Below, in pieces: positions 21,157 to 29,961 of a DNA stretch of 64,000 bases (positions are counted from its first letter, which is position 1; each line of letters opens with the position of its first letter). The notes under the pieces are model-generated. The model was not told the origin of the DNA and did no database searches. It was given only the letters and a program-made list of their open reading frames with translations. The stretch is from the NCBI GenBank assembly GCA_963719515.1, contig CAVRCJ010000011.1, positions 192,001-256,000 on the forward strand, written 5' to 3'. The DNA comes from an uncultured cyanobacterium. Lineage in GTDB: Bacteria; Cyanobacteriota; Cyanobacteriia; CAKZMO01. Made by a program: the position numbers and the translations under genes.

Positions 21157-21651
21157 CTATTCGGCCTTGAGTATCTTGTACATCACCAGCGCATCCACGA
21201 AGCCCAGCTGCGCATGCTTGAACGCGCCAGGCAGCGTGCCCACAATGCTAAACCCTAACTTCTGCCACAGCTGCACAGCGATCGCATTGGTCGAGACTAC
21301 TATGTTGAACTGCATGGCGCGAAATCCCAGACTAACAGCTTCACGCTGAGAGTGCTGGCACAGCTGGGAGGCCACCCCCTTCCCCCGAGCCTTTACGTCG
21401 ACGACATAGCCGCAGTTGCAGACATGGGCTCCTAGACCAGGCTGATTGGGCTTGAGGTAATAGGTGCCGAGAATGATACCGTTCTCTTCTGCAACATAGG
21501 TCGCCAGAGGCGCATTAACCCAAACTCGCTGCGCCTCTGGCTCTGAAATGTCGGGAGGAAAAGCACAGGTTTCGCCAGCGCGAAACGTCGGCTCGATGAT
21601 CGCCCAGACTGATGGCCAGTCAGCAGACTCAATGAGACGTATCGCTACCAT
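21157..21651 (-). CDS. GNAT family N-acetyltransferase
   Basis: ARGKGVA acetyl-CoA motif, MQFNIVVSTN and WQKLGF. Confidence 0.9.
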   Translation of the reverse strand: MVAIRLIESADWPSVWAIIEPTFRAGETCAFPPDISEPEAQRVWVNAPLATYVAEENGIILGTYYLKPNQPGLGAHVCNCGYVVDVKARGKGVASQLCQHSQREAVSLGFRAMQFNIVVSTNAIAVQLWQKLGFSIVGTLPGAFKHAQLGFVDALVMYKILKAE

Positions 21652-21706
21652 GGCGGGCTCCTAGGCTAGAGGGCATCGGTCGGATGGCTAGGTGCAGGAC
21701 TTTTCA

Positions 21707-22828
21707 CTACGCTCGGTTGACTACCTCACCCCGATCAGGATTAGGAAGTGCGATCGCCTCTTCACCTGAGCGATAGCTGCGCAGGGTTTCCATATCGATC
21801 ACGTGGCGGAATCCATCATCGCTGCCGCTGGCCAGCACGTCGAACACGTCGTTCACCTGGTCAATGCCGATCATCTTTATCAGCGGCTTGATGTTGTGCT
21901 CTGCGCAAAGGTCGAGAATTTCCTGAGTATCAGCGATGCCGCCAATCAAAGAGCCCGCTAGGGTGATGCGGTTAAACACCAGCGGGCCGGGAGAGAACTC
22001 TGGGAAACTGACGATGTTGCCTACCACAATCAGCGCCGAGCTGGGGCGCATCAAGGCAATGTAGGGCGTAATGTCGTGGGGAACCGGGATGGTGTTGATC
22101 AGCATGTCGAGGCTTTGGGCGGCCTCTTCCATCTGGGCATCGTCGGTGGAGATGATGACCTTGTCGGCCCCCATCTTGAGAATTTCCTCTCGTTTCGACT
22201 CGCTGCGGGTGAAGGCCACCACCTCAGCGCCCAGGGCCTTGCCGATTTGCACCGCCATGTGGCCTAGTCCGCCAATTCCAGCGACGCCCAAGGTTTGACC
22301 CTTTTGCAGCTTCCAGTGCTTCATGGGCGCGTAAACCGTGATTCCCGCACAGAGGATTGGCCCCGCGTCTGCTAGCTCTAGCCCATCGGGAATCCGCAGA
22401 ACGAACTCCTCCCGCGCAACGATATCGGTGCTGTAGCCGCCGTAGGTATTGGTTCCGTCGGGCTTTTTAGAGCCGTTATAGGTAAACGTCGCGCTTTTAG
22501 GGCCGTCGCAGTAGTTCTCCTCTCCTTGCTTGCAGGGGTCGCAAACTTGGCAGCTGTTCACCATGCAGCCCACGCCAACGCGATCGCCTTCCTTGTAGCT
22601 AGAGACGCCTTCGCCCACAGCGGAAACCACGCCGATCACCTCGTGCCCCGGCACGCAGGGGTACATCGTGTTGCCCCAGTCGTTGCGCACCTGATGCAGG
22701 TCCGAATGGCAGATGCCGCAGTGGGTAATTTTGATGGCCACTTCACCGGGGCGCACGTCCTGGCGCTCGAAAACGACGGGCTCTAGCTTGTCGTCAGCGC
22801 TCTGGGCACCCAATCCAAAAATCTTCAT
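21707..22828 (-). CDS. Zn-dependent NAD(P) alcohol dehydrogenase (cinnamyl-ADH-like)
   Basis: CGICHSD, GHE, a four-Cys Zn site, LCAGIT and GIGGLG motifs. Confidence 0.92.
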   Translation of the reverse strand: MKIFGLGAQSADDKLEPVVFERQDVRPGEVAIKITHCGICHSDLHQVRNDWGNTMYPCVPGHEVIGVVSAVGEGVSSYKEGDRVGVGCMVNSCQVCDPCKQGEENYCDGPKSATFTYNGSKKPDGTNTYGGYSTDIVAREEFVLRIPDGLELADAGPILCAGITVYAPMKHWKLQKGQTLGVAGIGGLGHMAVQIGKALGAEVVAFTRSESKREEILKMGADKVIISTDDAQMEEAAQSLDMLINTIPVPHDITPYIALMRPSSALIVVGNIVSFPEFSPGPLVFNRITLAGSLIGGIADTQEILDLCAEHNIKPLIKMIGIDQVNDVFDVLASGSDDGFRHVIDMETLRSYRSGEEAIALPNPDRGEVVNRA

Positions 22829-23008
22829 GCGTTCTGTCTCCTAATAAAGGCCTGACCTAGATAATGCTAGCGCCAAACTATTGCATTGGTTCAGGTGCTA
22901 TAGGACAACAGAATTGACTGAAAGCCTGACGTTATGTAGGCTACCGAACGCGCAAATGTCCCAATGCATCAGGACATTTGCTATATCACGGACAGCGGCC
23001 AGCGAACA

Positions 23009-23356
23009 TCACCCAAACCGGCAGGTGACCCGTCCTAGAATATGGTCGAGCGGCACCGCCCCAAACTGACGGCTGTCGCTGCTCTCCCGGGGATTATCGC
23101 CGCTCAGCAGGCAAGCCCCATCTTCCCGCACTGCCACCACCCGCTTCACTAGCTTCAAGTCCCGCGCTGGGTGGCGGGCCACCACCAGGTCTCCCGGCTC
23201 CGGTCGCCGACCTCGGTAGGCGCAGCCATCCACCAGCACCTCCTCCCCGGGCTTGAGCAGCGGCACCATTGAGCGGCCCGTCACCTGGAAGCGATCGCGG
23301 CGGCGCAGCGCCCACAGCAGCAGCTCCTTGGCGTTGGCGTCGGGAAGCGTCTCCAT
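23009..23356 (-). CDS. sodX: Nickel-SOD maturation protease (S26-like)
   Basis: VTGRSMVPLL, HP...LVKRV and GDNPRESSDSRQFGAV motifs. Confidence 0.8.
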   Translation of the reverse strand: METLPDANAKELLLWALRRRDRFQVTGRSMVPLLKPGEEVLVDGCAYRGRRPEPGDLVVARHPARDLKLVKRVVAVREDGACLLSGDNPRESSDSRQFGAVPLDHILGRVTCRFG

Positions 23357-23361
23357 CACGG

Positions 23362-24369
23362 CTAGTTGGGCAGCGTGTAGCCCATGGCCGTTTTCACTTT
23401 CGTGAGGGTCTGCTGGGCGATTGCCTCCGCCTTCTCCTTCCCCTGGCGCAGCACCGAGTCCAAATACCCTGACTCGGCGCGAATCTCGCGGTAGCGCTGC
23501 TGAATGGGGCCTAGAGCCGCGATCGCCGTCTCCGTCAGCAGCGGCTTAAACTGCCCCCAGCCCATCTCCCGGCATTCATCGGCCACCTGCGCTTTGGTTT
23601 TGTCGGCCAGCAGCATGTATAGCGTCAGCAGGTTATTGCACTCAGGGCGCTCCGAGTTATCAAACTCTAGACCTCGCATGGGGTCAGTCTTACACTTTTT
23701 GATTTTCTTGGTGATTAGCTCGGGGGGGTCCAGCAGGTTGATGCGGCTGAGGTCCGAAGGGTCAGACTTCGACATCTTGCTGGTGCCGTCGGCAAGGCTC
23801 ATGACCCGAGCGCCTTCCGCTTGAATCATCGGGTCCGGCATTTTGAGCACGGGCGCTTTTTCCGTACCAAACCGGTGGTTTACCCGCACGGTGATGTCCC
23901 GGGTCAGCTCTATATGCTGCTTTTGGTCCTCTCCCACGGGTACTTTGTCCGGCTCATACAGCAGGATGTCTGCGGCCTGCAGCGCCGGGTAGCACAGCAG
24001 CCCCGCCCCCACGTTTCCCCCCTGGCGCACGGCCTTTTCCTTGAACTGCACCATGTCTTCTAGCCAGTTCAAAGGGGCGATGCAGGTGAGCAGCCACCCC
24101 AGCTCGGCGTGGGCCGGAACGTGGGACTGGACAAATACGGTGGAGCGCTCGGTGTCGATGCCGCAGGCCAGGTAGAGGGCGGCCGTTTTGTAGGTGGTTT
24201 CGGCCAGCGTCGCCGCATCGTGAGGGACGGTGATGGCGTGCAGGTCCGCCATGAACAGGAAGCTGTCGTAGGTCTCTTGTAGCGCTACCCAGTTCTTAAT
24301 CGCGCCCAGGTAATTGCCGAGGTGGAGATCGCCAGTGGTTTGGATTCCGGAAAGGATGCGCTGTCTCAT
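23362..24369 (-). CDS. trpS: Tryptophan-tRNA ligase
   Basis: HLGN, VPVGEDQKQH and KMSKS motifs. Confidence 0.97.
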   Translation of the reverse strand: MRQRILSGIQTTGDLHLGNYLGAIKNWVALQETYDSFLFMADLHAITVPHDAATLAETTYKTAALYLACGIDTERSTVFVQSHVPAHAELGWLLTCIAPLNWLEDMVQFKEKAVRQGGNVGAGLLCYPALQAADILLYEPDKVPVGEDQKQHIELTRDITVRVNHRFGTEKAPVLKMPDPMIQAEGARVMSLADGTSKMSKSDPSDLSRINLLDPPELITKKIKKCKTDPMRGLEFDNSERPECNNLLTLYMLLADKTKAQVADECREMGWGQFKPLLTETAIAALGPIQQRYREIRAESGYLDSVLRQGKEKAEAIAQQTLTKVKTAMGYTLPN

Positions 24370-24597
24370 AGTTTGGGATGGGAGCGGGTAAAGAAAGCCG
24401 GTGTGGTGGAGGCAGAGGTTGGCTGCTGAGCTGTAATCCTTTCGAAATCTTTCGTTTGTCAGACGCCAAGATCGTAAAGAACTGTAAAGATACTATCAGG
24501 ATCTGCAAGCCGGTTCGCAAAATACTGTCGGCATAGAGCTGTCGACGTGCAGCAGCTGAGCCCTGCCGATCTCCCTACCGCTAATTTTGGAGACCGA

Positions 24598-24900
24598 ATG
24601 TCTACCTTATCTTCTCAAGAAACCCTTGACCAGCTCAAGCTCTGCTTTCGCTTGACTGAAGAACCCAAAACCCATGCCGAGGCTAAGCAAGCTTTCCAGC
24701 AGGTCCGCGATCGCGTGGCCAACGACTGCCCTGATGCCGTGGAGGTTGTGGAGATGCTGTGGCAAGAATTAATCTCCAGTCGGCGCTCAGCAATTTTCTG
24801 GCAAGAGCTGTCGGACATGGAAAAGAATCTGGGCGAGAAGATGGCGGAGAACCAGATGCAGCTTCGTCAGAACTACAACCGACTGGTGCAAGAACAGTAG
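24598..24900 (+). CDS. Conserved coiled-coil hypothetical protein
   Basis: Helical ORF ending LRQNYNRLVQEQ. GGAG before the ATG at 24598. Confidence 0.65.
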   Translation: MSTLSSQETLDQLKLCFRLTEEPKTHAEAKQAFQQVRDRVANDCPDAVEVVEMLWQELISSRRSAIFWQELSDMEKNLGEKMAENQMQLRQNYNRLVQEQ

Positions 24901-25084
24901 GGTACCGTTGCGAAGCAAACGTACCTCTCTAGCAATCGCGGTTGCGATCAATCGAGAAATTTGGGGCGATCGCCACGCTGACGCCTAGGGCAGTTGCCTT
25001 TCAGCAGAAGTCGGTGGCGATCGCGAAGCCAGTCGGGGCCTCATTGTGCCCTGGCTGGCTTCGTCTATTGGGCCCCCGAAGCGG

Positions 25085-25423
25085 CTAGTCGGAGCGCTGC
25101 GGTAGGGAGATGCGCTTGGTGAGGATGCGCATGACGTCTGTGGGGGTGAGGCCGCGCAGGACGCCGTCGGGGTTGTTCAGGGGCAGGGTCTGGGACCAAT
25201 CGCTGGGATGGGCGTAGCCGAGCTGATGCAGCCGGTCACGGCAGTTGTTGACGGCGTAGAGGGAGCCCACAGCGATGAGGCGCAGGGTGTTGAAGCTGGG
25301 GGTGCGGCCTTTGTCTTCGAGCAGGTAGTCGCCGGTTCTAGGATCGATGTCGAGGGCATTTTGGTGGGCGGCCAAGGCGACGTTGTGGCCTGCGTTGAGC
25401 TGGCCGGAAGGATTGTATGTCAT
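25085..25423 (-). CDS. Small protein of a dispersed cyanobacterial family (copy A)
   Basis: AAGGAG RBS. Motif LRLIAVGS..AV..C..RLHQLGYA....WS...VMRILTKR is shared with 32446..32727 and 19140..19292. Confidence 0.75.
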   Translation of the reverse strand: MTYNPSGQLNAGHNVALAAHQNALDIDPRTGDYLLEDKGRTPSFNTLRLIAVGSLYAVNNCRDRLHQLGYAHPSDWSQTLPLNNPDGVLRGLTPTDVMRILTKRISLPQRSD

Positions 25424-25520
25424 TTGAGGGTTGTCTCCTTTCGTGGGTTAGGAAAGACAACCCAAACGTTTAGCCACCCCGCGAATATGGCGAGGTGGCT
25501 ACCCTGGGATAAAATCCCTG

Positions 25521-25600
25521 TAGCTCTCGCTGGTTGTCTCAGCGGGGGTTAGTCGTCTGGAAGTGGTGGTAACACGACCAGGCGGCGCTAAATATTTGGG
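25521..25600 (+). ncRNA. Predicted cis-antisense sRNA upstream of copy A
   Basis: Follows a TAAAAT -10 box (25510-25515). Two hairpins close only with + strand G:U pairs, and one carries a GUAA (GNRA) loop. Prediction only. Confidence 0.5.
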
Positions 25601-25753
25601 GTGTCGGAGTTAGGACAGCGTGTGATTTGCGTCCATGGCTTGGCATGATAGCGGAGTTTTAGCGCGATCGCAACCATAGGGTGGGAGAAAGTTGGCAAAA
25701 TATTTAGGGTGGCTGGAAGTTTCCTAAGTAGGAACTATATCGTATTTAGCTTC

Positions 25754-26239
25754 TTACCAAAGCTTTTCATCTACTGCCCTCGACCTCGCTTCCATTTGCC
25801 GTACTTTTTCTTCCATACGCTCAAAAGCTGTCATTACGTTGTCAGCCGCTGAATTCCGGGAATACATGTTTAAAGTGGTAAATGAATTTTTATCTTCTAA
25901 AATAGCTATGCTTGGCGCTAGCTTTTCTATTAATGCCGTCAATTCATCATATTGAGGCTTAAGCTCTTCTAAAGCCTTAGAAATCTCTCTTTTCTGAAAT
26001 AGAGCCTGCCGCGCTGTATGTTCATCTCCCCTTTGCAAAGCTACTTGCGCTCTCTGCTTTCATCTGCCAATTTCTAACTCTAACTGTTTGAATTTATTTT
26101 GATACCAAGCTTGGTGATCTATCAGCTTAGTAAGCGCTTGCTTTGCGTTTTGAGTAGTCACTTACATTTCTCCCATTGAAATACTCAGGGCGCTTGAGCA
26201 ATTACCTGTCAACGCCCTATTTATCCTGTTGAAGTGCAT
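25754..26239 (-). pseudogene. PspA/Vipp1(IM30)-like pseudogene
   Basis: One frame reads EM*VTTQNAKQAL...IGR*KQRAQVALQRGDEHTARQAL...AFERMEEKVRQMEARSRA, with in-frame stops at 26162-26164 and 26060-26062. Confidence 0.75.
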
Positions 26240-26402
26240 TCGCGCTTATATTAGTGATAGCCTCAGCAGTCTATTTTGTTGCGGCAATTTTCCCATTTGA
26301 TGCTGACTTCAACCTGCTGTTTTAACTCGAATACAATCTCTGATGTCTATCTTTTTGTTCTAAGAAGCTGGTTTAGTAATTATAGTGGCAAATAGGTTTT
26401 GA

Positions 26403-26957
26403 TCACAAAGCCCAATCGGGCGCTGAGCCCAGACAAACCATTCTATGCAATGCGTATCCACCCATCTCAGCATTACTCGGGAAGCCGACATCTCCTCGGA
26501 TTACTACCTCATAACCATTTTCGTTGACGACTGAACCGGAAATCCCGTCACTACAATGGACATCTTTAACTGACTCTTCAATGACCGCACCTTCAGGATC
26601 ATCGTAAATCGTTCTGACTTGAACTCTGTAGCGCTGATACATTCCTGTAGGACGATCTTCCACCAATTCTGAAGCTGTAATTCTAGAGGACCAAGCGCCA
26701 TTATCTCGCCAGGACTGCCAGTAGAGAATTGTTTCAGAGTCAGGGCGAGCAATAGAATCTCTAGGGATATCTGCAATTAGCTCAGAGTACCCATCCTGTG
26801 TCAAGTCTAAATCGTTGGCTAAAATAGTGCTCGATATCTGAGCAGTCTGCGCAAAGCTTGATTTTCCTACGCCTAAGAAGACACCTAAAACGGCGATAGA
26901 AATAGCCAAATTTCTACCCCAAAAAACTATCTGAAAACTATTCTTCCTTGCCATCAT
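26403..26957 (-). CDS. Putative secreted hypothetical protein
   Basis: Signal-peptide-like N-terminus ending SFA-Q, two Cys. Overlaps the upstream stop. Confidence 0.6.
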   Translation of the reverse strand: MMARKNSFQIVFWGRNLAISIAVLGVFLGVGKSSFAQTAQISSTILANDLDLTQDGYSELIADIPRDSIARPDSETILYWQSWRDNGAWSSRITASELVEDRPTGMYQRYRVQVRTIYDDPEGAVIEESVKDVHCSDGISGSVVNENGYEVVIRGDVGFPSNAEMGGYALHRMVCLGSAPDWAL

Positions 26958-27247
26958 ACTAATCCATAGCTCTCAAGCAATGCTCTCAACTCATCCTTAT
27001 TCAGTCTTGAGTAACCTTTTAACCCATGCTGCTTAGCGACTACAAACATGTCTACTTTCTTCATATCTCTAGACCCAACTCGTTTTGAATAGTATGAGAT
27101 TGGCCCTGGCAAATTAGCATGCACTTTTCCAGTTCTAGAGTTCCAACTGATAGGGCCTGCCTTTATGCTTGTTGAGATACCAGACTTTGAGAGATTCACG
27201 GATAAACCAGGAAACAGCGTTATCTTTTTTCTAAATCTAAAATTCAT
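26954..27247 (-). CDS. DUF4236-like domain fused to a Rho-N-like helical domain
   Basis: FRFRKKITLFPGLSVNLSKSGISTS N-terminus and AKQHGLKGYSRLNKDEL C-terminus. Confidence 0.7.
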   Translation of the reverse strand: MNFRFRKKITLFPGLSVNLSKSGISTSIKAGPISWNSRTGKVHANLPGPISYYSKRVGSRDMKKVDMFVVAKQHGLKGYSRLNKDELRALLESYGLV

Positions 27248-27467
27248 GGCATCCTAAAGAAACTAGAGCGTTGACTCAATTATCTTCTTGCGCAACAATC
27301 GCGTTCTTAAGGTGCTTAAGGCTTTATAGTAAATTTAAGTTTTCATGAATAAGCCCCCCCGGATTTCGAAAACTTCCGGGCTAGCTATATTTTTACAAAA
27401 GGCGCAAGTAATATTGCTATTTAGAACTGCTTGAGAATTATTGTGTTCGCTCAGGCGATCGCCGCGC

Positions 27468-27971
27468 TTAACTCCATCCATCGACCCGTAGATTGTTAGA
27501 GTTGACCGTATCAACACCCTGATTTTGAAGATATGCCGCTAGCTTTAGGTCATCCGTTAAAACGAGATACTGACCTTGAGCGACCTCAAAAATACTGCAG
27601 TCCGTCAATCCAAAACGAGAAAATTTCTCATTTTTTGAGATGATCTCGCTTTGGCTATAATGCTCGCTGAATTGGCTAAGAAGCTGAGAAAAAACCACGA
27701 GGCACTGCGATCGCTCTGGCTCACCCAACTGATTGATCAAGCTATTGACTTCCGTTAAGATATTCGGCGTTGTCACAATCTCATCTCGAAACGCTAACAG
27801 AAGGTCGCACAACAAAGTATAGTCGTCAACATTAAAGCTGTTGGTCCGCTTGAATCGAGATATCCGACTTGGATTTACAGCTCCAACAAAATAGAGCAGC
27901 AAAATATTTGTATCGATTAAAATACCTTTGCGCCGATACTTATTCAAAAGCTCTGCTGCATAGCTGTTCAT
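27468..27971 (-). CDS. PIN-domain protein (putative toxin/RNase)
   Basis: ILIDTNILL, LTEV, GLTD and LTDD acidic PIN motifs. Confidence 0.85.
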   Translation of the reverse strand: MNSYAAELLNKYRRKGILIDTNILLLYFVGAVNPSRISRFKRTNSFNVDDYTLLCDLLLAFRDEIVTTPNILTEVNSLINQLGEPERSQCLVVFSQLLSQFSEHYSQSEIISKNEKFSRFGLTDCSIFEVAQGQYLVLTDDLKLAAYLQNQGVDTVNSNNLRVDGWS

Positions 27972-28282
27972 ACCTGCCGAATCTTCATCGATTCGATCTT
28001 GCCCGTTGAGGCATTCACAGCGAAAAGCTTATATTCCCGCTTAAATCCGCGAGGTGCATTAATCGACTGCATCATCTCATCAAGAGCAGACTTGCGCTTA
28101 ACTGGCACATCATACCCTAGCGTAACCAGCCAGGTTTTCTCATCTTCAGACAGCTCAACCTCTTCCAGCCTTAGATCATCAAGATCGCTGCCCATCAAAT
28201 CTTGAAGCTCTCGAACATAGTGATAGGCGGACTTTACAGCCGTTTTTACGTCTTTGATATCCAGCGTCGTTTCATCTAACAT
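27968..28282 (-). CDS. Hypothetical protein translationally coupled to the PIN gene (candidate antitoxin)
   Basis: ATGA overlap with the PIN gene. Acidic LRLEEVEL..W.VTLGY...REYK pattern. Confidence 0.7.
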   Translation of the reverse strand: MLDETTLDIKDVKTAVKSAYHYVRELQDLMGSDLDDLRLEEVELSEDEKTWLVTLGYDVPVKRKSALDEMMQSINAPRGFKREYKLFAVNASTGKIESMKIRQV

Positions 28283-28414
28283 GGCTTTACTCAGAGGGTT
28301 CGGCTAGCTTTCATATCTAAGTATAAATCTCTTGAAAGGATGCCCTGCTGACCAAATACATTACCAGGCAAAAGGTAAATGCCATCAATGAAGCCGCCAG
28401 CATCACAGCCCCCA

Positions 28415-29116
28415 TCAGTGCCGCGATCGCTGCCCAAACGGACAAAGGTCCAAAATGGCGCAGCGATCGCAGGCGGGACTGCGGTAGTAGCAGCACTTTT
28501 GCCCGTGAAGCATGAGCACTTCATGGTTATCGTAAACCTGCTGGGCGCTCCAGTCTGGGGGCAGCTGCGCCGCCAGTACCTGATGCGACGGCCCCACCGC
28601 AACCTTAGGCCCAATCAGCCCCGTCCGCGCCGCCACTCGGTGGTGGTGGCTATCCACCGGCAGGGCCGGACGCCGCAGGGTACTGAAGCAGAGGACTGCG
28701 GCACTTGTTTTGGGGCCAACACCGGGAAGCGCTTCTAGCCAGGCCCTCGCCTCCGGGACCGACAGCTCCGTCAAGAAATCCAGCGACAGCTCGCCCCGCC
28801 GCTCGGTGATGCCCCTCAACACCGCCTGCAGCCGGGGCGCTTTTTGCTCGGGCCAGGTGCAGGGGGCGATCGCCTGCTGTACTGCCGCCACATCGCCATC
28901 GCGTACGGACTCCCACGAGGAAAAAGCCTGCTGAATTTGCTTGAACGCCCGCCCCGAATCTGCGTTGCGGGTGCGGTGGGAGAGGAGCGCTGACACCAGC
29001 TCGCTGAGCGGGTCTAAATTATGGAAGTAGGGAATAGGGCAGCCATAGACTTGGCAAAGACGCTGATGAATCAGCAGCGCTTTATCAGAGCCAGACAGAC
29101 AGGGTAGATCTTTCAC
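28415..29116 (-). CDS. Endonuclease III-like HhH-GPD DNA glycosylase
   Basis: LPGVGPKT, PVDSH and a C-x6-C-x2-C-x5-C Fe-S motif. Confidence 0.9.
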   Translation of the reverse strand: MKDLPCLSGSDKALLIHQRLCQVYGCPIPYFHNLDPLSELVSALLSHRTRNADSGRAFKQIQQAFSSWESVRDGDVAAVQQAIAPCTWPEQKAPRLQAVLRGITERRGELSLDFLTELSVPEARAWLEALPGVGPKTSAAVLCFSTLRRPALPVDSHHHRVAARTGLIGPKVAVGPSHQVLAAQLPPDWSAQQVYDNHEVLMLHGQKCCYYRSPACDRCAILDLCPFGQRSRH

Positions 29117-29504
29117 GGGTTAATCGGACTAGGTTGGATTGGCTACGCGCTCTGGCGACAGTAAAATCTCCTATCCCTTTAGCAAGATGACGGGCCGAAT
29201 GCTGCTGCCAGAAACTGTAGGCTCAATAAAAACATTTTTAACTAACGCAGCGTTTAACCACTCAATAGTTAACACGATATCTCAACAGGACTGCTCTAGC
29301 TTGGCTGCCGCGCTTCCAGCACACATTTGAGTGACGCCACCGATATCCTATCGGCCCAGCGGCGGGGCTGTTCCACGCTGCTGAAGCCTGGTCATTAAAG
29401 CTGACGGCGATCGCTACTGCCGGAGCTGCTTGCGCTGGGTCTGAATTACGTTTCGCAAAGCCCGCGCCGCTGAGCAAAATAGCCCCGAGCGAGCGCTCCA
29501 AGCC

Positions 29505-29807
29505 ATGATCCTAGAAATCGCCATCCTCGACGTTAAACCTGACCTAGCTGAAAACTTTGAAGCGGCGTTTCGAGAGGCGTCCACACTTATCGCGGCCATA
29601 CCGGGGTACAGCTCCCACGAGCTTCAGCGGTGTCTAGAAAAAGAAAATCGCTACGCTTTGCTTGTGCGCTGGCAGAATTTAGAGGATCATACCGTTGGGT
29701 TTCGGCGATCGCCAGAATACCAGCGGTGGAAGTCTCTGCTGCATCCCTTCTACGACTCGTTTCCAACGGTCGAGCATTACGAAAGCGTTTTTTCCTCAAC
29801 GCCCTAA
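29505..29807 (+). CDS. Antibiotic biosynthesis monooxygenase family protein
   Basis: MILEIAIL...W..LEDHTVGFRRS.EYQ.W pattern. Confidence 0.85.
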   Translation: MILEIAILDVKPDLAENFEAAFREASTLIAAIPGYSSHELQRCLEKENRYALLVRWQNLEDHTVGFRRSPEYQRWKSLLHPFYDSFPTVEHYESVFSSTP

Positions 29808-29961
29808 CTCAACTCCCCTAATTTAATCTTTAAACCTTGAACGACCCGTTTTCTCCCAACCCGAATGCCTGGCTCGACTGGCTGGCCATCTGTGGCTATG
29901 TCGGCTTCACGCTGTTTATTGCCTGGCAAGTCGTGACGCGCCGCTAGGTCAAGCGGTGGGG

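Noticed and set aside
25521..25600. tRNA or integration-site tRNA remnant
   Set aside because: Hairpins are present, but there is no cloverleaf, TTC T-loop or acceptor stem.
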